Shown: positions 1 to 13,457 of the stretch, in pieces
Layout: each line of letters opens with the position of its first letter
How positions within the stretch are numbered: the first letter of the stretch is position 1
Origin: Azolla caroliniana
Taxonomy: Eukaryota > Plantae > Polypodiophyta
Length of the DNA: 64,000 nucleotides
Assembly (NCBI GenBank): GCA_043228905.1
Contig: JBHGNT010000009.1
Coordinates: 62,001-126,000 of the forward strand
Direction: 5' to 3'
The notes under the pieces: generated by a model
Told to the model about the DNA's origin: nothing
The model's input: only the letters and a program-made list of their open reading frames with translations
Database searches by the model: none
Program-made: the position numbers and the translations under genes

Positions 1-1213
1 CCCCCGACCCGGATTCCCGCCGATGCTGAGTAGTTAACGACCTCTGCATGTTGTGCCGCGGCCTCTTCCATCAACTGCTTCATTCCGTCGCACCCCGTAT
101 TCAACTCTAGGGCTTTCCGGGTCTCGCTCGCGTGCACCCGCCCGTTCTAGAGGTACACCACATTGGTCCTGAGTACCTCGACGAAATATGCGCATTCTTT
201 CCGGATCTGGCCGATCGCGTCACACCACATTCACCGTTGCCCCGTCGGCGGCCTTCGGTCACGAGACTGTTCGCCGTTGTCCCTCCGGGCCTGTGCGATC
301 TGGAGATCTCGCACCATCTGCGACAGCTCTTCTAGAGTCGTGCCTCCAGAGGGACCTCTGACCACTCCGCTCGGGGTTGAGCCCTTCTCAAGCCAACCCC
401 GAGTTTCTTCCTTCCTAACCGGTACCGACACCGGCTCCTCGAGCTCCCTCGCCGGGACCGGCCATGCTACTGACAAGCCCTCGTCGCTCCACTCGCGCCG
501 CTAGTCGAAACGACCGCAAACCCTCCTTACCATGGCCCAGTCTGTCGTGAGCCCTTCATCCATTTCCAACAGGAGACCCACCTTCTCCCGGTCCATGGCG
601 TCCACCAACTTGATGAATAGTAATACCCGACTTGTGTCGAGCACGGTCCGGTCCAGCGTTGACAGCTGTGCGAACCGTGCGAACCGTTTCTCGAACTCCT
701 GGAGGAGCGCTGACGTGTTTCTCCCCTTCCCTAGGCTCTCAACCCACGCCATGATTTCTCGCTTCGACAGCCGAAGCGAGTCATCGAACCCATACATCTC
801 GAGGAGCTGCAGCTCGAACCCCTCCCAAGTCTGGCATCCGGCCAGCACCTCGAGCACCTCTGCATGGATGCTCAACGTCACCACCCGAGGGAATCCGGAC
901 AATCGCCTGTCCACCGAGATATCCCTCATGATCATTTCGGCCTAGTAGGTCTCCAAGTAGCTCGTGGCATTCTTCCCACCGAATCGACCTATGGTGCCGA
1001 CAATCGACTCAATGGCCCTGTTGAGGGCACCCGTTCCCTCGCAAGCGCTCACTAGCCAATCGACGGCTACGACCATAGCTTCAGCAAGCTCAGATCCCCT
1101 CATCCTTCACTCCTTTGCCGCATGTTTCACGTCGGGTTCACCAAATATGTCGAGTTGTTATGCTCTTCGCGTGTGGAAGGAGGCGAGACCGCGGAGGCCT
1201 TGAACCAAGGAGC

Positions 1214-1257
<44 letters not shown>

Positions 1258-1758
1258 AAGTCTTAATTACAAAACAGTAACGATTACAACCGGCAAGCCG
1301 GCAACGGACCCAACTCAGGCGAACACACACACACACCTCACGCATGCACACAGCCCGATTGCACTGTGGAGCCTCTACCAGAAGCACACGGGTTGTCCAC
1401 GAAGCAGAGGCAACTCAGTCCGAAATCCAGCGAACGATGGAGGAGGGAGCTTGGTCCCAGTCCGACAGCACTTCGTCCTTGCTCCTCAAAACACGATACT
1501 TCATCTTCCTTCTTCCTTCCCTTTTATAGGCCGTCGAGGCAGGCCATTGCACCCTCGTTTTCATCAATTTATTCTCTGTCCTTTCGGGCAGAGATACTCC
1601 TCGATTTCCTAGACATTCAATGTGTCACATCTAGTCTATTTACACCCACCGTCCTACTCCTAGTTATGTACAAGGTAGCAATTAGTGTGGAAAAGTGTAG
1701 TTGTGGTTCATGCGCTCTACTTCGCTGATTCCGCTTCTGGCCGGTTTTCTTCATGACA
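1..1758 (-). mobile_element. 5' part of a tRNA-Trp-primed Ty3/Gypsy (Phygy-like) LTR retrotransposon: 5' LTR, PBS and decayed gag, running off the left window edge
   Basis: LTR 1148-1758 (TGTCG...TGACA). PBS at ~1126-1143 reads TTCACGTCGGGTTCACCA on +, matching the 3' end of plant tRNA-Trp. Gag fragments (ORFs 501-935, 231-476) are clearly homologous to the gag at 30672-32717 (LSTLDRT.LDTSRVLLF, GLTTDWA.V.RVCGRFD) and carry stops and frameshifts. Confidence 0.9.
1148..1758 (-). repeat. LTR with internal (AG)n at ~1216-1256 and TATA-like CTATAAAA on the minus strand
   Basis: TG..CA termini, adjacent to the PBS. Shares motifs with the LTRs at 21188 and 32761 (ccgacagcacttcgtcct, ttttatagg, ggttttcttca.gaca). 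Confidence 0.85.
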
Positions 1759-2289
1759 CCGTTCAACTATTTTTGGTGCTCTTTACAACAATTTGCATTC
1801 CCAAACAGTAACCTAACTATATCTACCCTTAACAATAGGATTAGTGAAAATTAACCATAAATCGTGTGATTGTCAAATCTAAACTACGATTTATACACAA
1901 AAAATGAAATTTAGTTAAAATAAACTTACACTTAGGAAGAAATGCTTCTTTGCTCTTTGCCTAAGTGTTAGGTGCCTTAGGATCTTACTGAAATCTCACC
2001 AATCTTGCAACTTCAACATGATACCTAATGGTTTTCTTCTTGTAAGATTGTTGTAGGATCATGCCAGCATGCACCGTATTGTCAGAGAGATAGTCATTGA
2101 TGCCCATATTAGTCACTTGTTAGCATTTCTACATTATCTAAGCTTTCTTTCTATAACAAACTCTCTCTTGATCTCAGAAACACTTCATCTTAACAACAAG
2201 TCTAAGTTGCTAACATGTACATGAAAACTTTGAAGGAAAGACAATAAAATAAATGCAATGAATTTCAGGATATTACCAGCAGGTGGCAC

Positions 2290-2770
2290 TGTAGGAGTGT
2301 TAATAGGCACAAAAACTCGCAATGGAATCATGAGTAACAGGCTATTAGAAGACAATATTGAGCTTGGAAAGGCTTTGGATAGGTGGATCATGACTTAACA
2401 AAGTTTTTTTTTTTTTTGTGTGGTGTACTTGGTGAGGTATAACAAATATTTTCAACTTTGATTTCGAGATACAAGGATGTGGGATGCATTGATTTTGGCC
2501 TTGAGAAGTTTGCCAAGGTGGTAGTGAAAGAGTGATTGACATGCATAGAAAATCACATTGAAATTATGAGTAAGAGGTTGTTAGAAGATAATATTGAGCT
2601 TGGGAATGCTTTGTTGGATATGTATGCTATATGTGCCAATCTTGAAAAAAAAACAATCGATGATATTTCAGTTTGAGATGTAAATGATATTCTTGCAAAA
2701 AAAAATGTTCTCTTGTGAAATGCATCTATTACAAGATATGTTGAGCATGGATCAGCGAAGATTGGTACTA
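2290..2770 (+). pseudogene. Degraded pentatricopeptide-repeat (PLS-type PPR) gene fragments
   Basis: 2581-2646 translates LEDNIELGNALLDMYAICANLE and ~2715-2750 translates (W>*)NASITRYVEHG, typical PLS-PPR motifs. A second copy of LLEDNIELG lies at ~2342. Many stops and frameshifts. Confidence 0.65.
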
Positions 2771-4477
2771 TAAAGGTGGAGCAACAATTGAAGCATGAGC
2801 ACATTATGTAATGAAGGCAAGTTGAAGGTCGCCATTTATCACATATGATTTGAGGAGATATGATACAACAGCTTCCCATGTTATTGGGATATATTGAGTA
2901 GGATAAGAATGAGGATGTTATACAACTCTATCCTTGAAGGCCTGTGTAAGGTGTCTAATTATTATGATGTCATTTTCTGGTATGATGAAAGTAGGCGGCA
3001 GGATCTATGGCTAGTCATTGGGATAGTCCTTTTTCCTCTTATTTTTCATCTCTTTTGTAGTTTGTACTTGATAGGTTTTTTAAAACTAATGGAAGGATAT
3101 TTTGTTTTGGAAAATAAAATAAAATGCAATGAAGTCACAATGGTAGAGCTACCAACAAATCACTGCTTTATTCCTCAATCACAATGCTTACAACATGACT
3201 TGTTTAATAGTCTTATGGTGGGGGAGAGTGATTAAACAAAGGAGAGTGTGAGTGTTTAAGTTAATAATGAAGAGAATGAAGAAGAGGAGGGTAAAAAGCT
3301 TATAGTTTTGTTTTATACATCATTTGCAAAAGATTTGACATATTACAATCATGGTCCTTTGTTGACATGTATTTCTCCTTATGCTCTCTTCATCTCTTTT
3401 TGTGTCTTACCCATATGTTTAGTCTTGTGGGTTCAACCCATGCTTAACATACTAAGTACTTAGATTATATCAGGATAAAAACACTTGAGTGCATGGGAAT
3501 CAAGGATTTTAGTATAGAAAATACATAATGTAAGTTTATTGTGAAAAAATGTTAATAGCCAATTGACACACCATTCCTTGTTTTAAAAGTTAGCATGCTT
3601 AATGCACATAACATAAAGTCATTGATACGATTACAAATATGAATCAATTAATCAAATTATGTATGTGATACATGTGTAACTCCTTGCTATTGAACAAGAT
3701 CTCGAGATAAGCAAAATGTCCATTAAGCGGCAAGCCACATAAAATTGTTGGAAGAGATGTGAGAAGATCGAATTCCATTAGAGAATATGAAAAGCAAGGT
3801 AGTTTAGTTTATGAACACCAACCTAATTAAGGGGCCTTACATCAAGTGAGAATCATGTATTAGTTGGAGCTTTTCCTTTTCATCGTTTTCAACCTTTAAA
3901 GCTCATTGTGAACAAAAAAGTGTATGTATACATGTAACATGATCTCAAACTTGGGTGGGTTGTGGAAAGTTGAGCCATGTTTTCACAAGAAATATAGTTT
4001 TGTAAATGAATTCAAACACTGATCATGGAAAGTGGATTTGCAAAGCCAAACTTGACCGCATAGTGTTATATATTATACAACCTCAAACTAGAAAACATAA
4101 ATGCTTGTTTGATACTAAACATAAGGTTACAACGATCTTGTTGAGCTTGAAGTGGAAACTTTAAGTTTTCAAAGGATAAGCTTCACGATGACTCTATGTT
4201 ATTTATACAATTAATTTATCAATACAAATTTTATGATTGTATAAAAGGCAATATTTCCATATATTGCTTCGGCGCTTGATAGTAATCTTCATGCTTTATG
4301 ATTTTGTTTCGTAAAGCCATTTTTTAGGAAGAAATTGACATGTTTACAATCTCAAACTAAAATATTAACAAGTTTTATAATAAATGTAACATTAAAAACC
4401 CAAAACCTGGAGGTTACAACACAAAATACATGCTAGCATATTGCTTATATACTTGAGTCTTGGAATTTCAACACCGT

Positions 4478-5429
4478 TGTCGAGGAAATCCGCATGAATG
4501 TGTCGAACCGGGGAGGGACCACCGGGGTCTCGGACCAAGGAGCCGGTAAGGGAAGAGAGACTATCCAGATCGGCGTCCAGATAGCTTTGTCAGAACGCAG
4601 TTCGAAGCCAATTAAGAGGAGAGGGATTGTCTGGATCGTTTTCTGAATAACTTTGCTGGCACACGGGATCGGGCACGCCACCAATCTGAACTAGTCACCG
4701 GATACCAGACGGTGAGTACACAAGTTCGGATGCATATGCTTTTCTAGACCAATGTTTGGAAAGCAACAAATGAGCACACGGGCTCAAAGACTCGAGTATG
4801 TGCGGGACAAAAAGGGAACAGAGGTGAGAATGCGGACAGAAACAGAAAGACACCACGACACAGAAGAATCTGGATACAACAAATGATCGGTTAGTTAGGA
4901 ATAAAGAAATACAACTGGACTCGGCCGACAATAGAGCTATTAACTCAACACACTCATACACACAGACACTAATGAGCCTTCGATCAGGAGCACACGGGCT
5001 ACCAGCGCGAAACGGAGGCCTCACAGCACAACAATAGAGACAAAAACAAAGAATGGTGAAAACGGTAATCTGCAAAGCTCGGTCCAACAACACTTCGTTC
5101 TCCAAAATCGTGGATCCTTTCCTCAACCTTCTCTCTCTCATTTTATAGCTTAAGGAGAGAGAGAACGTTACATCAGGTTGTTAAGACAACCACTTTTTTG
5201 GCCCGAGTCTCTCCTCGATTTCCTCTCATCAATCCCCTTTATTCCTCTACTCATGTGGTCATAAAAGTACCTATTGAATCACTCCTACCTAGTATTCATT
5301 AACACTTAAACTAACACTATATATTTACACATATTGGTACATCAAAACGGTTTCGTGTGCATCCATGCACACCTTCGTTCACGCGCATCCGGCTCCTTTT
5401 TCTCCCTATGGCCGGAATCCTCCACGACA
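4478..5429 (-). mobile_element. Solo LTR (Gypsy-type, TGTCG...CGACA) with 4-bp TSD CCGT
   Basis: Imperfect terminal inverted repeats tgtcgaggaaatcc / ggaatcctccacgaca. CCGT at 4474-4477 and 5430-5433. GC-rich island in AT-rich DNA with no PBS, PPT or internal domain. Strand inferred from the TATA-like motif at ~5142-5149. Confidence 0.85.
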
Positions 5430-6901
5430 CCGTGACTCATAACTATGAATCCAAGCTTTATCACTTAAAAGGAAATTGTGTTGGTTTTGTCTCCTATATC
5501 ATAGGTCTAGAGGTCACGTTCATCTATTTAAGTAGATTTCCGCATAATTTTGAGAATTAAACTATTTTGATCAACTAGACACTCCTTACATTGAAAAGGC
5601 TTACAAAGTTGAGACATAATTAACAAGAACTTGAAATATAAACATTTGTGCCTAATATTTAAATTAATTGACTCGTAGGCAAAAGGGCAATTGATTAGTG
5701 GAGAGGAAGCTTGAAATAACTTCTTTCACAATCCCATGACTGAATAAAACCTAACCCTTTATGTAGTGGCGATATTGAGGACAAGCCTTATTATGCATTG
5801 CTTTTCTCTATCATAGTTGTATAATTGTAACATACCATATCAAATACTATCAAACTTGGATGGACTATTTATTGGCAATGAACCAAATTACTGCAATATC
5901 ATATATGGGTCATGCAAGAAGTAGCATGTTTCAAATGTACAACGAAACACAATAAGCAATGCACAATCCAAATTAGAATAAGTTAATGATAATCTCAATA
6001 TGACAAATTGACCCACGTGTCAAGTATGTATAAGATACTCCTAAGCTACCATGATATATATCTTCAATGATGATTTAATGTTGACGGTGAAAGGATCAAT
6101 GTAATGGTCATCAATGCAAAAGCAAATATGAAATTCAAATTAATGTTGTCCACAAGTGGCAAAGTCAAAGAGCATGAAATAAAGAAGGCCATGGTTTGTA
6201 GCCTTGGATGTAGAAACAAGATTTGGGTAAGGTTTGGGCTATGGAACATACACTTATGTTTTTGAAGTAAGTGATAATCAATTATTAACTACTATGATTA
6301 AAGCCTCAATATCTTATGCATATTTGCATCAGAATTGTACTTACGTTTAATAAGAAGACTTATGATAGGACATTCAAGTGTACACGGTTAAATATGCAGG
6401 ATATGCAACTACTCTTGAGTCTTGATTGTATGTGTATTTCGATCATTTAGTGCTTGGTCAATAGAGATTGAGACCAAAGTTCAAAAGGAATTCTAATGGA
6501 AGTCAATATGTGTGTATACTTGGGGGTTGGCCCAATAGAATTTCCAATTTCGATGTTATCCATGCATGGATCAATGGCACTAGGAAGTGGGTTGGGCCAT
6601 GAGTCACCGAATCATGCATGCCACCCACAAATCGATTAAAGAGTATATGGTTTTAAAAGAAAGCACATTGAGTGCAAATCAAACATGTACATAATATAAG
6701 GTGGGATGATTTTGGTTACATTGAATGAAAGTGCAAGAAAGAAACATGCACGATCCAAAGCAATACAACTCTCATGCATATGATGCCTCTCAAGGTTCCA
6801 CCTACATGATACATCTCAATTCTTGGGTCACAAATGTTGGATGTGGTTGGAAACACAACTCGTTATTAGATGTGATAATATACCATCACAAATGTGGATG
6901 A

Positions 6902-6902
<1 letters not shown>

Positions 6903-6993
<91 letters not shown>
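6903..6993. repeat. Compound microsatellite (TG)n-(AG)n
   Basis: Directly visible. Confidence 0.97.
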
Positions 6994-6997
<4 letters not shown>

Positions 6998-7831
6998 GAA
7001 GGGTTTGTAAGTTTACATTTGAAACATGATTATATAGTGTACAGTAAAACTGATGGCCGAGACAACAATCGGACTGTAGAGTGAATGTGAGTACATATAT
7101 GGGACTTGGGAGACATATATGTGTGTGGGGGTGTGTGTGTGAACGTGACTACATATATGGGAGACATATTTTGAATTTGAAAGCGCTCTTTCTCTCAATG
7201 TGACCGATGGAATGGAAGGAAGGAAGGATAAAGAAGTAAATTGCTAAAAGTTTTGAACCTAAAACAAAAAAAGGGAGAGGCTTTCCTCTCCCAATGAAAA
7301 GCCAAAGCGCCGGAGTCGGTCGTTATGCATTAGATTTGACGGAGAAGGTCACTGGACGGGAAACCGCCGATCTCGGAAAACCACCTCGGAAAACCGCCTC
7401 TTTACGTATTCCCCGCTTACCGCTTCATTTTCTCTCCTCTTTCTCGTAACTTCGATCAAACTCTACTCTTGGGTCCCTTCGCCTTCTGCGTAATTCACTT
7501 CACATACATATATATAATTATAAGCAGCTTAACTCTCGCTGATTAGAGCCCTATTTATAGTCCCCCCCCCCCCCCCCCCATTCCTTAATCACGCCCTAAT
7601 CACTCTCTGCTTCGCCTAATTAACTTCTGCTCCTAAAAAACAAAAAACCCCCATGCGACGCATGACTAACAAAGTGAATCCACACCCCCCAGCCATTAGA
7701 CCATAATTACACCTTGCGGATTCTACCATCTATGTGTATCTAATATCTACTCTGCTGATTATTCACTAACCATGCGGGTCCCTTGATTAATCTACTCATC
7801 ATCCATCACTCACTCACCGACTGTTGGAATC

Positions 7832-8911
7832 ATGCTGCCCTCCTGGGTTCATAAGGCCAGGACCCGATCATCCGATGGCACCGTCATCAAGGAGAAGATT
7901 AGTAAGGATGCTTCCCCGCTGCTTAGTGACAGACCATCATCATTATGTCAGAAGATTAATCACAGTACCAATCCTGACCTAAAGATCGATATACAGAATC
8001 TGAATCCTGTGGATTTCACCCCAGAATCGGTGGATCGCGCCACCCGTAGGTCGTATTTGCACTCGAATTCGAACAATTCTTCCTGCACAACCATGGTCAG
8101 CGCCGATCGGTTGAGCAACTCCTCTGCTGATTCAATGTCCATGTGCAGTTATCACGAGGTGAAGAAGAGTAGTCTGATGTCCTTGTTGCAGCAAGAGAGG
8201 ATTGATTGTGGCAAGGTTTCTCCCTGGCGGCCTGTGTCTACGAGCGGGGGGAATCGCCAATTGGGAAGTCCGAACATAAACACGCATACAGGTGGATTAA
8301 TCATAGAGGGGAAGGAGAGATTAGAATGCGATGATGATGACCGTAGGATTAATGACGACGGTGCCATAAACCCTCAAGCTAACCCTAATTCTACAGTTCC
8401 TAATTGTGGCACCACTGCTGAAGTAAATGTAGCATCATCAGATGAGACATGGAGAAACAGAGGCATCGTGGCCGGCATGTCCATCCCTCTGGTCAAGTTT
8501 TCTCGCCATCCTTACCAGGATTTGAGGCAATCCATGTGTGAAATGGTGACGGAGATCATAGCACACTACACCATGATGGTCATCGATGCAGACAACATCA
8601 AGCTCAGGGAGCAGTTGACAGAGGCAGAGGCAGAGGCAGAGGTCACAGGTGATGGCGATCTTGCCATGGCATTAATGGCAATGGATACTACTTCATCAGA
8701 TTCAGATTTCCATAGCTCCAAGAATGGCTATGCTGGTATTGTAATGAGAGAACTGGTGGTTGAGCTAGAGGAGCTCATGTACTGCTACCTCACCCTCAAC
8801 TCCCCTCACCTCTCCCATCTCATCCAACAAGCTTTCGCTGATGTCTGGACTAATCATGCGTTGATCCAACTCCAACAATTGCTAATCATGATTAAGGATA
8901 CCCACTTATGA
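7832..8911 (+). CDS. OFP: OVATE family protein (transcriptional repressor/TRM-interacting), single exon, 359 aa
   Basis: C-terminal OVATE motifs SIPLVKFSRHPYQDLRQSMCEMV and ELEELMYCYLTLNSPHLSHLIQQAFADVW. N-terminal MLPSWVHK resembles the PxxWFYKL start of OFPs. Intronless open frame with ATG and stop. Confidence 0.9.
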   Translation: MLPSWVHKARTRSSDGTVIKEKISKDASPLLSDRPSSLCQKINHSTNPDLKIDIQNLNPVDFTPESVDRATRRSYLHSNSNNSSCTTMVSADRLSNSSADSMSMCSYHEVKKSSLMSLLQQERIDCGKVSPWRPVSTSGGNRQLGSPNINTHTGGLIIEGKERLECDDDDRRINDDGAINPQANPNSTVPNCGTTAEVNVASSDETWRNRGIVAGMSIPLVKFSRHPYQDLRQSMCEMVTEIIAHYTMMVIDADNIKLREQLTEAEAEAEVTGDGDLAMALMAMDTTSSDSDFHSSKNGYAGIVMRELVVELEELMYCYLTLNSPHLSHLIQQAFADVWTNHALIQLQQLLIMIKDTHL

Positions 8912-11900
8912 AATTGCTACTCATGATTGCGGATGCTTTCATAACTATACCCCTACTATTTGCTAATCATGAAATTTAAGGACACTCCCCATGTTGTTAA
9001 ATCACGATCTGAGGACATACTCATAGATTTGTTAATCGTGATTATGGCTATTTACTCCCTCTATATTGTGGTATTAGCTTGATCCAGAACATCGGTGAAC
9101 ATTATAAGTTGTGCATTGTCTTCTCGTCTTAATATATGCTTTATATTTGCAATGGAAATTCTCGATGACATAACTAACATTCATCTCAATATACTTTGAT
9201 CTTTGCTATATTAGTAGTTCATCATGATTTAGGATGGTCATTTATTTACCCCAATGGTTTATAGTTCCAAAGAACTGGTGTTGGAACTTTAGTGCAATGC
9301 TAGTCTCCTATGGAACCTCTCTGTAATTTCCATGGTATTGTCGATGTCTCGAGGAATTTAGAGATTGAGCTAATTATAATTGTATTGATTGTAGCGTAAG
9401 TAATTAGTGCTTGAATGTTTAGCACCCTAGTATTCTCCAACACTTGTTTCCATTTATCATCAACTTTTGTGTACTGCTATCCATTGCCCAAAGTTGAATC
9501 CTTTGTTTTTGAGTATTTTCCCCAATCATTCTATGCATGCCCACCAACATGTGCACATGAACGCCTTATTTAGACCACAGATCTCGAGGATTGTACACTT
9601 TACATGTGCACCCCAACACTTACATGGAGTCTCTAGGCTGACTTGTGAAAATGTGTGAAAGTTTGCTTTCGCTTTTTCTAATCTTTGGAGTGATATCTCA
9701 AACCTTGATTACAAATGCGTTGGATACATGCCTTTAATTCTGGGGTCACATCGTAATCATAGAAATCATAGTTCTTGTTACAACTCATACATGAAGGAGA
9801 CAATTTTGAGTGTCAAGTTGAAGCCATCATTTTCCTACAGTTGCATGAGCAAAATATTTGAAGGGTTTCGATAAGGCGATTTATGTAGATATCTCATTTG
9901 TAAATCGTGTACAAATAAGATTTGGACAATAAGTGTAGAAATTTTTACACCATAGGTGGAAATGTTAACACTATCCATATCAATTTGCGCACTCTACCTT
10001 GTTCAATATTCCTGGGCTTGAGTCATGATCTTCTTTACCTTTCCTCATAACTAGAGTAAATTGATAAGAAGGAGACGTGTCATAATTGGGGCTTGTAAAA
10101 GCTTATATAAACACAAAAGAGTACATATCTTTTTGTGTCCTTTGTAAGTGAGCTACAGTCGGAATATAGATGGCCATATTGCTACGACATAACTTCATTT
10201 GGGTTACTACAAGAACTTGACCTTAACAAGACACAACATGATGTGAACTCTTTTACAATGTTTGCCTTCTAGTGATGCATATGAATGGTCACATATAGTA
10301 CATAGGTTAAAGTAAATTGACTTTGCATACCAATGTACAACAATATCCGTTGCCTCTTGAGTCGAATCACATTCTACAAGCTATTACATTACAATTTATG
10401 ATCAAAGCAAGTACCTAGAAGCTAGCCTAGATGTTGCATTAATCAAATGGTTTAAAGGGCATGAGGTTGGACAAAGGCTTGATATGTAGAATGAGAGATC
10501 TCCACAAAACATGTAAGTCTTGCCTTGATAGACTTGGAATGTGTATTAGAATTATGGCCATGTGTTCCCACTATGTCATAATACATTAGATGAGTAACAA
10601 AACGAAATCATAAGTAATTGGGAGCACACTTTCAATGAGGAACCTAATTCATGCATCAATGTCCATGATCCCTCTTTTGGCAAATCTTTTCTTGTTTGGA
10701 TTGTAGTTGGCTGGATGAAGACCTTGAGTTTGATATTCAAAACTCATCGTATTTTAATCCCCGCTCCATTGCTTCCATAATACAAAAAAGTACTTTTGAA
10801 TTCATTGTAAGAGTTTCTTAATGAGTGAACACGATAGAATTTAAAAGGGTTTACCCTTCTCCATGAAGTGTAACTTTTGAAACGGCCTACAAAGGGAATT
10901 TCAAATTAAGATGTTTTTAAAGCTTGAAATACTTCACAACTAATTGCCCCTAGAATTTAAAAAATCATTCTATGAATGTGTGTAAGATATGGGTGGTTGC
11001 TTAGTATTATGTAGTTTTCGTTTTTCTTATGTGTATGGACTTATCGAAACGAGAAACAAAAAATTTCTAGATCTTACTACTATCTACTTTCAAACCTTTT
11101 GCCGACCATATCATGTGATCATTTTAAGGCAAAAAACATGAAAGGACATAGAGTTTTGGTTATATATACTAGTGATTTCTTTGCTTAAAATGGCATTCAA
11201 TTGGTTATATCCGAGACTTTTGGGCCTAAAGACCTATATTTGCCCCATTAAACTTTTATAAATGGATGTAATCGAGGTAGTTGGTTGAGATAATGAATAG
11301 TAGATAATAGGATACCCATAAATCTAGTAAAATTTGATTTGCAATTCATAAATCAATGAAGGGCTTCCAAATCTATGACCTTCAAAAAGGTCTCTTTTTG
11401 CGCTTCACATGAGAAAGGGCTCCTAAAAATTCACCGAAAAGCTAGGGTGCTCGTGAAAAACTGGAAGATTAAAGTCTAAGAAGTAAAGCTCTTGAACATG
11501 GATATTAAATATGCACTTTAATTAATATGTTGGAGTAGGTTTGCTTCGGCATTGCTATGGTTATACATCTTTGACCGAAGCAATGCATCATTCTCTATCT
11601 ATTAACCATTCAGCTTGTATGTACTATGAATATGTAAATGAAAGTACATGCATTCACACTTCTAGAAAATATATTTTCACAATAGTAATACTATTAACCA
11701 TGTAGTGTTTTACCATAATTGTGTAAAAAAATGTCGTTATGGTTCGACAACATGCCATTCATGATTAAAATCCCAATAAGAAAATTTAGGATGGAGCATT
11801 TTCAAAAAATAATAATAACTCTTGGCTTTCTCATATTTTTTATGGCAAAAGCAATGTTAAGATAAAATGGCTTTTTGAAGTTGAGAAAAAGCGATTATAC

Positions 11901-13457
11901 ATCACCTCAATCAAGAGTCTCGATATTTAGATGGTTCTAAAAAGTAGCATAACTTCTGCATTACCCTAATCAAGAGTTTCACTATGTAGATGGTTCTAAA
12001 AGATAGCATAACTTCTCGGTCGCTTTTCTATAGTCCAATAACATGCACACTCCTTTTTCTAAGGAACACATTATCTTCAATCATGTAATAGAAGCACTTC
12101 AAAGCGAACCGTATTGAATACAAAATAAATTTGTTAGAACACTCAACATTTGATGTATTCTTACAATTTGAGACTTGCAATGAAACTTGCCATTTATGAT
12201 TTATTTAATGGTGTTGGCCGGTTAGTAAGTGGCATGTAATTCCCCATAAGAAAAAAAAAGCAACCCTCTCTCAAACATATACAAAGTGTGGGTTTAAAGC
12301 ATAGTTTGTGTAGTTGTGCAGGATACAACCGTAAGCATTTGTGAGAGTCTTCTAAGCTTAGTAGTTCTTCAGTGGTAACTTATTCAGAGCATAGCAACTT
12401 TGTAAGTATTGTCATAATGTCCTCCTTTTATCAAGAGTTGACAAATGCATGTGTTCATTCCAGTCTTGTTACTCTACCTCTACTTAATTATGTATGTCTT
12501 ACTTTATGATGTGTTCTCTCCATTGTTTGCCAACTAAAGAAAATCCATGCTTTTGGAGACCATATCACAACCCATGAATCAATGAAGGACATGTTTGTAA
12601 GTGAGTTTATTGGTACAAGTTCATAAAAATTGTATTGAGACAAAATCTAAAACTTAAGAATTTTGGTTTTCAGTTTTTACCAAAGGATGACCATGGAGAA
12701 ATCATAAAACACTTGATAAAATCAAGTTAACAAATCGTTCATTCTACTCTAGAGAAGTTAAAGTAATAATTTGAAGTCGAATTCAAGCATTTCCCTTAAA
12801 GATTCAATCAAAAGAGGTACATACAGTCGGCATTCTCAAAGAGTTCTTAGCATCGTAGAAATATTAAAAACTTTCTACTAGGTATAGATTGCTTGTTCAT
12901 GATGCACGCACATTCGAAGGTTTCCATTTGTTTGCTTAGACTAATTTCCATGACCTTGAAGACATCTTAACAAAGTTTGTACTACATGGATGGGTGACTA
13001 CAATGTCAATGTGAATTATATACTTAGATCACATTAGTTTGAAATATGTAGAAGTACTAGATTTTATTTTTTTAAAGGATTCTCTTCAATAGTATTAAGA
13101 AAAAACGCTCGAAGGCTACAACTTGAACCTAGCTACCCAGGAGGTTACAACTTTTCTTATACAATGATGTAAAATAATCCTAGGACCGAATATCGAACTT
13201 TGTAAAAGATGTTTACATTTGTTGATATTCAAGAAAGAGTCCATGGAAGTCGATATTGCCATTGAGGCTCTTGAGTTGACATTGTAAACAGGAGCAACTT
13301 TTTCCATAAGTGAAGAAGCTTTTTCCTTCTCTTATTCACAGTATCTGGGAAACCTTGCATATTATCATATTGGCCACAGACTACTGCCAGCAAGTTCTCC
13401 CATATCTCAAGCAGTAGAAGTACTAGAATTATAAATACAATAGAGTAGAATTGGAAA

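Noticed and set aside
1126-1143. tRNA-Trp gene (also 32740-32757)
   Set aside because: Only the 3' 18 nt including CCA are present, next to an LTR. This is a primer-binding site.
9400-13400. Possible ancient Gypsy or transposase remnants (e.g. KLLQAPIM on - near 10085-10105), and a 59-bp-period duplication at ~11909-12017
   Set aside because: Too degraded to assign boundaries or family by eye.
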